From contig CAVTGZ010000003.1 of assembly GCA_963734445.1 (NCBI GenBank), positions 337,341-401,340 of the forward strand: a stretch of 64,000 nt of DNA, given 5' to 3'. This document shows, piece after piece, positions 47,988 to 57,900 of the stretch. The number at the start of each line of letters is the position of its first letter. Positions within the stretch are counted from its first letter, which is position 1. The notes under the pieces were generated by a model. It made no database searches. It was given only the letters and a program-made list of their open reading frames with translations, and was not told where the DNA came from. The stretch is from an uncultured Acidobacteriota bacterium (GTDB lineage Bacteria; Acidobacteriota; Blastocatellia; Pyrinomonadales; Pyrinomonadaceae). The position numbers were made by a program, and so were the translations under genes.

Positions 47988-48024
47988 CAATGGCTCAGCC
48001 ACTCCGATGCGCGGCAAGTCCTGG
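47988..48024. repeat. Solo arm of family D (copy D3, partial)
   Basis: CCAATGGCTCAGCCACTCCGATGCGCGGCAAGTCCTGG. The matching second arm is absent. Confidence 0.6.
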
Positions 48025-48148
48025 TTCACTGAACTGAGCTTCAATCTGCGTGAGGCTTCTTGCGCAATGGCTCTGCCATTATGAAGGCGTAGGCTGTCGG
48101 CCGCTCTTCCCTCTTTACGTGAACCATTCTGCGCAGTCTTCGTAATCT

Positions 48149-48853
48149 GTGAATATGATTACCAAAGCTTCACCACGCACGCTCGCTCGAATGGCGGGTT
48201 TATTCTTTCTCCTCACCATTTTGGGAGGCATTTTCGCGCAGGGCTTCGTCAGCGAGCGACTAATCAACTTCGGCGACGCGGCGGCCACGGCTAACAACAT
48301 CCTGACGCACCGGGGTTTGTTTCAGTTGGGCTTCACCGTCTACCTGATCGAGATGGCGTGCCAGATTACGACTGCGACTCTCTTCTATCTTTTGCTCAGG
48401 CCGGTTAACAACAGCGTCGCGTTGGTGGCAGTTTTCCTTGAGCTCAGCGGCTGCATTATCAAGACGTTTGCTCGCGTCTTTTTCATAATGCCCTTGTTCG
48501 TGCTGGGCGGTGCGAGCGCTTTAAGTTCATTCACCACACCACAGTTGCAATCGATCGCGTTGCTCCTGCTGAAAGTAAATGATCAGGGCGCCGCGCTTGC
48601 GCTGGCATTTTTCGGCATCGCTACGCTGTTGAATGGCTCGCTAATTTTCCGATCACAATTTCTGCCTAAGTGGCTTGGCGTGTTGTCCATGCTTTCAGGT
48701 CTCGGTTGGCTGACGTTTCTCTATCCGCCACTCGGCTATCGCGCGTTTCCCTTCATCGCACTGGTGGGACTGGCCGGTGCAGCCGCGATGATCTTTTGGT
48801 TGCTGGTCTTTGGGGTCAACGAAGACAAGTGGAAAGCGCGGGCTGCCGCATAA
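48149..48853 (+). CDS. DUF4386-like integral membrane protein
   Basis: ASPRTLARMAGLFFLLTILGGIFAQGFV, with about 6 TM segments. Confidence 0.65.
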   Translation: MNMITKASPRTLARMAGLFFLLTILGGIFAQGFVSERLINFGDAAATANNILTHRGLFQLGFTVYLIEMACQITTATLFYLLLRPVNNSVALVAVFLELSGCIIKTFARVFFIMPLFVLGGASALSSFTTPQLQSIALLLLKVNDQGAALALAFFGIATLLNGSLIFRSQFLPKWLGVLSMLSGLGWLTFLYPPLGYRAFPFIALVGLAGAAAMIFWLLVFGVNEDKWKARAAA

Positions 48854-48971
48854 CGGGGATGCTTGGACCGCGGGCATTAAGCCCTCTATGGGAGCGCGGG
48901 CATCCTGCCCGCGGCGAGCGCGTAGTGCGAGCATTAAGCGCCTGAGCCGACATACTCGTGTCTTAGTTTGA

Positions 48972-49068
48972 CTTTGCGCGTCTTTGCGCCTTGGCGTCTT
49001 TGCGTGAAATCCTTTCTTGATTGTGGTTCTCACGCAAAGGCGCAGAGCCGCAAAGCAAAACCGCAAAG
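48972..49068. repeat. Family A variant (CTTTGCG/CGCAAAG), copy A6
   Basis: CTTTGCGCGTCTTTGCGCCTTGGCGTCTTTGCGTGAA ... TCACGCAAAGGCGCAGAGCCGCAAAGCAAAACCGCAAAG. Confidence 0.7.
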
Positions 49069-49202
49069 TAAGAGACTACCCCTAACTCGCCTAATTTTTC
49101 CTCCGCCGGCTCTACCAAAATTACGATTCACCACCCGCATTGGCGCATTCCCTTCAATCCATCTAATATCAAGTGTACATTTCGGCGGATGGTGAAAAGG
49201 AC

Positions 49203-49895
49203 ATGCACACGTACTTGCTTAAGCTTTCGGGCCTTCTTATTTTGTCATCTATGATTCCAGCAATGAGCGCTTGCAGCACAAACACAGTATCAGCCGGCGG
49301 TCCCGGCGGAGCCATCCCCAACCCCGTAGTCGACGCGCCGCTGGCGACCACCAAAAGCGAGCAAACCGCCGTTGTGGCCGGCGGCTGTTTCTGGGGTGTG
49401 GAAGCGGTTTTCGAACATGTCAAAGGAGTGACGCAGGTCGAATCCGGTTACGCCGGCGGCTCAGCGGACACTGCACAGTACGAGACGGTGAGCTCGGGCC
49501 GGACCGGTCATGCCGAGTCGGTGCAAATCACTTACGATCCATCTCAGATAACCTACGGCCAACTGCTGAAAGTCTTTTTCGCGGTGGCGCATGATCCGAC
49601 GGAATTGAATCGGCAGGGGCCGGACATCGGCACGCAGTATCGCTCGGCGATCTTCTGCACGAACGAAGAGCAAAAGCGCATCGCCGAAAAGTACATCGCG
49701 CAACTGAACGATGCGAAAGTCTTCCCCTCCAAGATCGTGACTCAGGTGGCCGCGTTGAAGTCGTTCTTTGCGGCGGAAGGCTATCACCAGGACTACCTGG
49801 CCAACCATCCGAACGAACCCTACATTGTTTATAACGACATGCCGAAGCTCGATAACCTGCGCAAACAACTTCCGGAGTTGTATCGAGAGAAGTAG
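49203..49895 (+). CDS. msrA: peptide-methionine (S)-S-oxide reductase MsrA, lipoprotein-type signal
   Basis: LSSMIPAMSAC lipobox-like sequence. GGCFWGVEAVF, and ESGYAGG. Confidence 0.9.
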   Translation: MHTYLLKLSGLLILSSMIPAMSACSTNTVSAGGPGGAIPNPVVDAPLATTKSEQTAVVAGGCFWGVEAVFEHVKGVTQVESGYAGGSADTAQYETVSSGRTGHAESVQITYDPSQITYGQLLKVFFAVAHDPTELNRQGPDIGTQYRSAIFCTNEEQKRIAEKYIAQLNDAKVFPSKIVTQVAALKSFFAAEGYHQDYLANHPNEPYIVYNDMPKLDNLRKQLPELYREK

Positions 49896-50038
49896 ATTCC
49901 GGAGCGCGAGCATCCTGCTCCCTCTCTCCCTCTGGGTGTATGAACCGGAACTTCGGTCTGAGATCGCCAAAACTAAGCGCGGGGTTGCGCCTCGTTCCCG
50001 ACACATCGCGGCTCTTCGGCTCGACTCCAAAAACAAAA

Positions 50039-50061
50039 TGCCGCGACCTCGCGTCGCGGCA
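50039..50061. terminator. intrinsic terminator hairpin between convergent msrA and the 183-aa gene
   Basis: TGCCGCGAC-CTCGC-GTCGCGGCA preceded by AAAAACAAAA, which gives a T-run for the minus-strand gene. Confidence 0.6.
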
Positions 50062-50093
50062 CTTCGTCTCATCCTCTAATTGTCTTAGCTGAT

Positions 50094-50645
50094 TCAGGGC
50101 CCAAAGATTCCGCCGAGAATGCTGCCGGTGCGACTGCGGTTGTTGCCATAGCCGCCGTTTCCGTAACCGCCGTACTGTCGATAACCCTGGGCATAACCCT
50201 GTTCGAAGCCACTGCGAAAGGCTTGCGAAGAAGCGTTCTTCCAGTAGTGCGATCGCTGCGGGCTATAGCTTTGACGACGTTGCGCGTCACTGGCGCCGGT
50301 GTTCAAGCCGTACTGGTAACCCTGGTTTACTTCCGCCTGATTGCCGTAGTTCCCGTAGCCGCCATAGTTACCATAGCCACCGTTGTTTCCGTAGCCGCGA
50401 TTATCGCGACGGTATTGATCTTCGCGACGCTGGCGTTCTTGTTGCTGTCGCTGCCAATCGCGATTCTGGCTCTGGTTGTTCGACCATTGATCGTTGCGAT
50501 CGCGTCTTCGCTCCGAGCGTCGCTCGTCACGGTCACGGTCACGTCGACCCTGCGCCTGCGCAGTCATCCCTGCCGCCGCTGATATGCCGAATATAAAAGC
50601 GAGCGTTAAGATAGCGCCGCCAATCTTCTTACTTAAATTTTTCAT
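50094..50645 (-). CDS. secreted low-complexity protein (Arg/Asp/Glu-rich then GGYGN-rich)
   Basis: Signal peptide MKNLSKKIGGAILTLAFIFGISAAAGMTAQA, then RRDRDRDERRSERRRDRNDQ..., GYGNNGGYGNYGGYGNYGN and GFEQGYAQGYRQYGGYGNGGYGNN. Confidence 0.6.
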   Translation of the reverse strand: MKNLSKKIGGAILTLAFIFGISAAAGMTAQAQGRRDRDRDERRSERRRDRNDQWSNNQSQNRDWQRQQQERQRREDQYRRDNRGYGNNGGYGNYGGYGNYGNQAEVNQGYQYGLNTGASDAQRRQSYSPQRSHYWKNASSQAFRSGFEQGYAQGYRQYGGYGNGGYGNNRSRTGSILGGIFGP

Positions 50646-50906
50646 CTGGTGTTCTCCCCTTCTAGAAAAGCAGCGGCAAGGCGCGTTCCTTCAATCGGCG
50701 AGATGAGGGGATGTTGATTTGCAGGAGTTACGGCTGAAGCCGCGAGCGCATCTTCCCCGTTTCGTATGGAGATCACGCCGAGTAGACGTTTCGGGGGATT
50801 TGGTGAGCGGTTTCATGAGCACAATAATCTTGACCGGTAGCGGAGGTTGAATCCAAAGTGCCATCGTTCCCGACACGTCGGAACGCTGCCAGTGCTTTCC
50901 AAATGT

Positions 50907-50996
50907 CGCCCGCTAAAGCGGGCTTGGGAAGTCTTTCTGGTCGCGATCCCCGGGCTTACGCCCGGTGCTATTACATGCCGCCGCTTCGCGGCTGGA
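50907..50996 (+). repeat. Family F repeat, short copy
   Basis: CGCCCGCTAAAGCGGGC ... GATCCCCGGGCTTACGCCCGGTGCTATTACATGCCGCCGCTTCGCGGCTGG. Confidence 0.65.
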
Positions 50997-51093
50997 CACG
51001 AAGTAAGCCGCAGATTCGCATACCACAAAAGAAGTGACGCACAAACGCCGTTGTTTCTAATCTGTGGAATCTGCGTAATCTGTGGATATGTTT

Positions 51094-51199
51094 CGCCCGC
51101 TAAAGTGGCTGTGAAAATGATTGGGATCGTGATCCGGGGGTGGCGTCCCGACAAATCGGGACTTACCCCCGGCTAATATCTGTCACGGCTATGCCGTGA
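51094..51199 (+). repeat. Family F repeat, intergenic reference copy
   Basis: CGCCCGCTAAAGTGG ... GATCCGGGGGTGGCGTCCCGACAAATCGGGACTTACCCCCGGCTAATATCTGTCACGGCTATGCCGTGA. Confidence 0.7.
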
Positions 51200-51241
51200 A
51201 GACAAATCTTTCCCAAACGGACTGGCCTCGACACTCTCAGC

Positions 51242-53174
51242 CTAGGGCTTCTTGCCTTTGCCTTTGCCGCCGCCCTTACCTCGGCCGCCCTCCTGGCCTG
51301 CTGGTTTCTGCTTGCGCTCCTGTTGTTTTGGCGCTGCTTGTGTCTGCGGCTTCGCCTCAGATCTTGCCGGCTTGCCTACCCGGACTCCCTGCGCTTGCGG
51401 CTGAGCTTTGCGTTGGGCTTTGTCCTGGCCGGGCGTCTGAATTCTCGGCTGGGCGCGAGCCGCCTTCTCCTGATCACGCGCTTCTTTTCTTTGCTGCTGC
51501 TCAAGCTGACGTGGCTGCTGCTCCGCGGCCTTATTCTCTTTTCTGGCTTCACCGGTCACGCGGCCCATGTCTGATTTGCCGGCCTTATCCAGTTCCGGTT
51601 TGCGCCCGGTGACTGCCTGCTGTTCTTGCTGGCGTTCGTCTCTGACTTTGAACTTTTGATTCCGGGCTGTGTCATTGACGCGTTCCACGCGCAGAGACTT
51701 TGCCCGGTCCTTGCGAAACTTCGACTCACCGACATTGCTGCTGACAAACACCGGCGTGTCATAGAGTTTCTTTGCGATGCCGGGCGGCAGATCGATCTTG
51801 CCGCGTCCCCAGGCTGAGTGAATTACTGCATTTCTCAGCGGAGTTAGTGTCAGAGGATCGAGCGTTGACCGCACCGAGGCCAGCCTCTGTTGATCAATCC
51901 TGCTGAACACTGCGCGGATTGATGGCGCGGCCCCAGGCATCCACTGGCACAACGGTCACTGCCCCAGGTACGCTGAAATTAATAAGTTGCGTCGGCACTA
52001 ATGCGGTGCGCGTCAGATAATGTGGCTGCCAGTTGTCGTCGTAATAACGGGGCGCATAAAGGTCGCCCGGACCCAGCGGCACCCAGCCGATCTGGTTCGC
52101 GTCCGTCGAAACGAAAGCCACGAGCGCCGGCGCATATGACGGCGTCGTGTTCACTGCGTCAGGAATCCAGTACCACTGGTTATTCACGTTGGCCCAACGT
52201 CCATAGTGATAAGGCGCATAGCCCCAGGGCTCGCTGGAAACCCAGGTTGGGCCATACGGATAAGTGCTAATCCACTGTCCCTGCTGATAGGGAACCCAGC
52301 CGGCATCTACCCGCGGCCGCCAGGCATAGCCATAGTTGCCAACGTTCTGCCAGTCACCATAGGAATCGAGGTCGTAGAGGCCCGGAATGTTCGAGCTCGC
52401 ATACTTATAACTGACGCTGCGCTGGTAGGGATCGTAATAGTAAGGGTCGCTGAGATAAGCGTCATAGTTACTGTAACGACCGTCGTAAGAATCGGGATAT
52501 TGGTAGCGGTAGTAATCATCCACCTGATACCCGGCGTCCTGGCGATTCAATTTCGAGAGAGCTAACTCAGCCGCTGTTTGGCCCAGCAGCGTAAGCATCT
52601 CGCCTTTATTAATTTCGCCTGAACCCGTTTGCCCAACCACCCGCGCCAGTCCGCTCAGGACTGAAACGAGCACGCCGCCATTCCGATCAAAACCGACGTT
52701 GTAAAGCCCCGGTTGAGCAAAGTCGATCGCGCCGTTGGGCGTAGCGACTTCAAATAATTCATCTGGCTGTAAGTACCCGACGTCGAACATGGCCGAGCCG
52801 TCGCGCATCGCGAGCTGTGTGCGGCGGTCCCCGAACGACACTATGTCGAGCGAAGTGTTTGGATCGAGCCGCGCAAAATTGCGTCCGCTAAAAGCAATTG
52901 AAGCGCGCGACTTGTCCCGTGTGTAGATTCGATCTCCTTCTGAGAAAGGTTGATTCGCCGTCGCGGTGGTCCACCGGGCATTGGCATCAGTGTTCGCGCG
53001 GTCATCACAAAAGGCGACTTCGCCATCGACGCGCTGTATGCGCGCCGCGTAAGGCAGCGCCTCAGCCGCCACCGTCTGTTCATGTTTTGTGTAGAACCAC
53101 ACGCCCAGACCCGCGATGAGTGCAACCACCACTGCGATTATCGTCGCGTGCGGCCATAATTTAATCCTGCTCAT
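51242..53174 (-). pseudogene. FecR-domain / Tyr-Trp-rich (DUF6600-like) membrane-anchored protein with Lys/Gln-rich tail, frameshifted in this sequence
   Basis: ORF 51894..53174 (TM anchor, FecR-like ARIQRVDGEVAF...ASIAFSGRNFARL, then WGYAPYHYGRW-type repeats) ends ...VPVDAWGRAINPRSVQQD*. The +1 frame ORF 51242..51952 continues ...FSRIDQQRLASVRSTLDPL... The junction lies somewhere in 51897..51920. Confidence 0.6.
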
Positions 53175-53770
53175 AAAACTCTCCTTCTGTGAATTCCAAT
53201 CAATTGTTTTCGGTTGATCCTCTGGTTTTGCTCGAGCTCTCGACGAAGAGGCGTGTCGCGCCGTACTGAAGTAAAAAAAGCATCTCTGACGGTGCGAGTA
53301 GCTAAAGCCTTATATCCGATCGCCTCGTCAGACGTCTGTGGGTTGGCACACATAGCGCCCCCTCGCTAGCCCTCACACCTCGAACTTCAGAACTGTGTCG
53401 ATTCAATACTCAGAACTCTTTCTTGAGGAATTGCCGCAAGGACCATGCCCGCAAGCGATGGATTGATTGCCGGAACCCAAGGAGGAAGCGATTCGGAGAG
53501 CAAAGAGTGGTAGTAATGCTGTTGAGGCGGCGGGGCCGCCATGTCTTACGCACACTCTTACAACGAGATTAGTAAAGAAGAAGCCGCGAGCGAAGAGAGT
53601 CTTGTCATGTCCGGACGTCGCATTTGGTCATTGCTTAGGCCATATACGAGATCATGCAACGTCAATTTTGGAGATTGCTCCGGTCATGGACGTTAGAACT
53701 TTAGCCTTCCCCTTTGCGTATCCTCTTCAAGCTTTCCAGATATCAACACCGGGGATCGTCAGGGAAATTG

Positions 53771-54754
53771 ATGAAAGCAATTATCTATCAAGACTACGGT
53801 TCGGCCGATGTGCTGAAGTATGAAGACGTTCCCAAGCCGGTGCCAAAAGACGATGAAGTCTTAATCAGAGTGCGCGCGGCGGCAGCGAACCCGCTCGACT
53901 GGCGCTTCATCAAAGGCGAGCCGCGCATGCTGCGCTTCGTAGGCCGGCTAATGAAAATGGCCGGACGGCCCGGAGTTGATGTTGCCGGAGAAGTTGAAGC
54001 CGTCGGCAAGAATGTTACGCAGTTCAAACCGGGCGACAAGGTCTTCGGCGGCTGTCGCGGAGCGTTCGCCGAATATGCCTGCACCAAAGAGTCGGGCCTG
54101 ACGGCAAAGCCCGACAACGTCACCTTTGCACAAGCGGCGTCGGTAAATGTTGCTGGACTGACGGCATTGCAGGGAGTGCGCGACAAGCTAAAGATTCAAG
54201 CAGGCCACACCGTTCTGATCAACGGCGCGTCCGGCGGCGTCGGTACTTTCGCGGTACAGGTCGCCAAAGTATTTGGCGCGCAGGTGACCGGCGTGTGCAG
54301 CACCCGAAATTTGGAACTGGTGAAGTCGATCGGCGCGGATGAAGCGATCGATTACACTCAGACCGATTTCACCAAAGGCCCCAGGCGTTACGATCGGATA
54401 TTCGATTCGATTGGCAACAGGTCTCTTTCGGATTGTTGCCGGGTGCTCGACCCAAAGGGCCGAGGCGTGTTCGTCGGCGCACCACACGACATTGCGATAC
54501 TGGAGATACTGACCACGCAGATCCAGGCAGTCGCCAAGTCAGCGTTCTCCAGCCAAAAACTTATTAGCTTTGTCGCAAAGTCGTCCCAAAGCGACCTCGC
54601 GTTTATTGGCGAGCTTATGAAGACAGGGAAGTTGACGCCCGTAATCGATCGCAGTTACCCGCTGGCTGAAGCGGCCGAAGCGATCCGATACCTGGAAGCC
54701 GGTCACGCGCGTGGCAAGGTCATAGTCGATGTCGATCACGCCGATGAGAGCTGA
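53771..54754 (+). CDS. NAD(P)-dependent MDR oxidoreductase (quinone oxidoreductase-like)
   Basis: MKAIIYQDYGSADVLKYEDVPKPVPKDDEVLIRVRAAAANPLDW, and INGASGGVGTFAVQVAK. Confidence 0.85.
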   Translation: MKAIIYQDYGSADVLKYEDVPKPVPKDDEVLIRVRAAAANPLDWRFIKGEPRMLRFVGRLMKMAGRPGVDVAGEVEAVGKNVTQFKPGDKVFGGCRGAFAEYACTKESGLTAKPDNVTFAQAASVNVAGLTALQGVRDKLKIQAGHTVLINGASGGVGTFAVQVAKVFGAQVTGVCSTRNLELVKSIGADEAIDYTQTDFTKGPRRYDRIFDSIGNRSLSDCCRVLDPKGRGVFVGAPHDIAILEILTTQIQAVAKSAFSSQKLISFVAKSSQSDLAFIGELMKTGKLTPVIDRSYPLAEAAEAIRYLEAGHARGKVIVDVDHADES

Positions 54755-54859
54755 AGAAATTTGATCGAGGTTGGGAAGTGGTTCAGAGTTCCGCCTTCAG
54801 GCGGCCTTTCCTTGAGTCCCGTAACCATGCCGCCCAAAAGACGGCACTCCAGACAAAAA

Positions 54860-54888
54860 AGCGGCGGGCGCTGATGGCGCTCGCCGCT
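54860..54888. terminator. bidirectional intrinsic terminator between convergent oxidoreductase and TonB-dependent receptor genes
   Basis: AAAAAA-AGCGGCGGGCGC-TGATG-GCGCTCGCCGCT-GGTATTTT. Confidence 0.65.
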
Positions 54889-54930
54889 GGTATTTTGAAA
54901 TGCGGGCGAGGGCGCCCGCGCTCCCTGCTT

Positions 54931-57900
54931 CTAGAAGTTCAGCTTCAATCCAAACTGAAACTGTCGGGGATCGTAGGCTGCCGTTGGACGGCTGTAGTAA
55001 CGGCCGTTACTCGATCGCTGCGCAAAAGTATTGACATCGCTGAAAAGTGGCGACGCGGCGGCTTCATTAAACCGATTGAAGAGGTTGAAACCTTCGGCGA
55101 TCACGTCCAGTCGTAAACGTTCCCCGATTCGAACAGTGCGCATCAAGCGCAGATCGAGAGAGGCGAACCCGTGCGTGATGCCCATATTGCGGCCGAGACT
55201 TCCCGGCGTAAATGCCGTCGTCGGGATAAAGAGCGTGCCGTCGGCGGCAATGCTGGGACGATCGTTCGAGCTTTGCAAGTCACCATTCGAGTCGGAACCG
55301 GTCAGAATATTAAACGGACGTCCCGAAGATATCTCGAGAATCGGGGCCAGAGTGAAATCCGCAAAGAACCTGCGGACTCCAGGTTCACTTCGCCAGGCAA
55401 CCGGTGAAGTCAGCGCCCCGCTAAAGACGAAACGATGGCGCTGGTCGAACAGCGAATCGGCACGCTCTGCGCGGAAGTTCCGATTGTCCTGCGGCTTGAG
55501 CAGCGTCTGAAGATCCGATGAATCGTCGATTGAATGCGACCAGGTATAAGAGGCAAGGAACGTGAAGTTATTAGCAAATCGTCTCTTCAACTCCAGATTC
55601 AATGCGTTGTAGTTCGAGTTGGCGTCTGACAACTGAGCGTCAACTTCGCCAAAGGGGGAGATGAGACCCGGGGTTCGCAGCGTGTGGGCCGCGGCCAAAG
55701 CTGCGTCCAGGACCGCCTTAGTCACTGCCCCGCCGGATGCCGACGCAGCGAAGAAATAATTCGGCCCATTAGGACGGAAGTAATTCGCAACCACGGGGCT
55801 GATTACTCCCTGCCCGAGGGCGTTGATCCCGACCATTCCCGGAATTATGACAACAAAGCCCGGCGGGCAGCCGGCTCCCGGACAAGCCGTCGGTAAAGAA
55901 AAGAACTCAGCCGCGCTGCTGCTCGGCGGTGGGGCGCCGGCAAAGCGCCGGAAGTTTTCAATCAAGAAATCAGTTCGTGGCGCATTGATGTCTTGTGGAT
56001 GCGGCAGATGGTGGGCGCCGACAAAAATGTAGCTGCCCGAGATGGACATGTTCGTGGTCAGCTGGCGTTCGATTGTGAAGTTTGCCTGATTGGCATAGGC
56101 ATACTCAAAATCTTTGGCGACCGCCAGCGTAAACGGAAACAGCGGCCCAAAGCCCACGAAAGTCTGATCGTTGAAGCGGACCCTGCCGGGAAGATATTGG
56201 GCCGTGGTGGCGACGCCGGGCGTCGTCAGACCAGCCGGACAAAGCGCGTTTTGGGTCGCGGTTGAACAGACGGTTCCCTGAAAAATTTGCAGCAGATTGA
56301 TAGTTTGATTCGGCGCCGGGCTACCGGGCAGGACATTGAAATATTGTTGTTGTTGCGCGGCGTCGGCGATGTCGGAATTGAAGGCCACGGCCAGCAACGG
56401 ATGGTCATAAAAGATGCCGTAAGCTCCGCGAATCACGGTTTTACCGTTGCCCTGAATGTCCCAGGCAAAGCCGACGCGGGGAGCAAAGTTATTCGTGTCT
56501 CGCGGAAAGCCCTGCTGCACTCGCACGGCTTCCTGGGCGGCCAGCAGGTCCGCGGGGCTCAGGTTAATGCGCGTCAACGGATCCGTGAAACCGATGGGTG
56601 CGATCGTGTCGGTAAGCTCGACGTCATAACGCACGCCATAGTTGAAAGTGAAGTTCGGCCGAACTTTCCAACTGTCCTGGGCGAAAAATGCGAGGGGCCG
56701 ATTCTTGATCGAGCTGTTCGGGTCACCGAAGCCTTGAATATAGGCACTCGGAAATCCCAAGCCATATGACTGCACCGGGGTAATCGCTGGAGCCGTTAAC
56801 GGCAAGCCGGTTATGAAATTCGCCAGGGTGCTCGCCGCCACGCCGCCAAAGTTGAACAGGCCGGGGAAGTTCAACTCAAAGCGCGCGCCCACGTCGATAA
56901 AGTTGACATCGCCCCCGAACTTGAAGGTGTGGTTTCCGCGCAGATAGTTAAGGCTATCGGTAAATTGATAGCGCTTCTCGGTTCGATTAACCGGAGAAAA
57001 AGGATTGGAGCCCATGAAGGCCGCGCCGATCACTTGAATCGCAGCGCCAGGAATCTGCGAATCGAAGGTCGCCTTTCGCCGTCCAAAGTTAAAACGGGCT
57101 TCGTTTACCAGGTGATTTGAAAGCGTGCTGGCCAGCGAACCCACAAAAGAAAGATCGCGCAATGTTTGGATGCCGGTGCGCGAGAAATCATTTTGTCCCA
57201 CCGTTTGATTTTGCGATTCGTCCTGAATGCCCGACAGGTCGCTGGGATTGTAGCCAACGCGTAAAGTCAGATTGTTCTTCCGATTTATCTGATGATCGAC
57301 GCGAGTTGAAAAATAACTCGTGCTCTCGGAAATCGGAAAGATCCGCGACAAGCTGGCCAGCGGTCGAAACGCAATCGGCTGCCCTGCTGCGTTAACTGTT
57401 ACGAAGTTCGGTAGAATGAGATTGTTTGCCAGCGAAGGAATTGGCGCACCGGAAATGAAGAAACGCCCGCCGATTATCTGACCCGCCGGGATCGCACCGC
57501 CGGGACTGCGCAAAGCGCTAACGCCGCTAAGTGCGATTTGTCCGCCTGAAGAAGCGAATGTCGCATAGGAGATCGCGCGCGCAATGCGGGCAGGATCACC
57601 GCTGGCGAGCTCGCCAGTAATAAAAGTTGCCTGCGCGGCGGTCAGGTTGTTGTAAACATTTGTAAATGGCAGAAACGGAGCACCGATAGTAACGCTGCTG
57701 GTTAAACCCGCGCCCACGTCGCTGGTAAAGAATCCAGATTCCTGGCGCCGGCGCTGCTCAAAGCTGGCAAAGAAGAATGTCCTGTCTTTCACGATCGGGC
57801 CGCCAATTGTGCCGCCGTATTGCCCGCGCGTGAACCCTGGTTTTTTGCCCGGGTCGTTATCAATCAGCGGAGCAAAAGCGTTGCGCGCCTGGATCGACTT

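Noticed and set aside
5943-49068. Possibility that the recurrent CTCTGCG-type repeats are a CRISPR array
   Set aside because: The copies are scattered over 43 kb, each is an inverted hairpin rather than a direct repeat with regular spacers, and no cas genes are present.
50813-51176. ORFs 50813..51154 (-) and 50847..51176 (+)
   Set aside because: They span family F and A repeat copies in both orientations. There is no RBS or coding periodicity visible.
1022-51920. Programmed +1 ribosomal frameshifting as the explanation for the five broken genes
   Set aside because: There is no slippery or hungry-codon context like prfB (CUU UGA) and no upstream SD-like stimulator at the sites. The sites are heterogeneous and lie inside conserved domains. 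Homopolymer indel error is more parsimonious. It is kept only as a low-probability alternative in the findings.
53467-53823. 118-aa ORF, and a shorter roughly 51-codon ORF starting near 53540, in the 596-nt spacer upstream of the oxidoreductase
   Set aside because: There is no RBS or recognisable motif, and the ORF overlaps the better-supported start at 53771. Possibly regulatory DNA, but unresolved.
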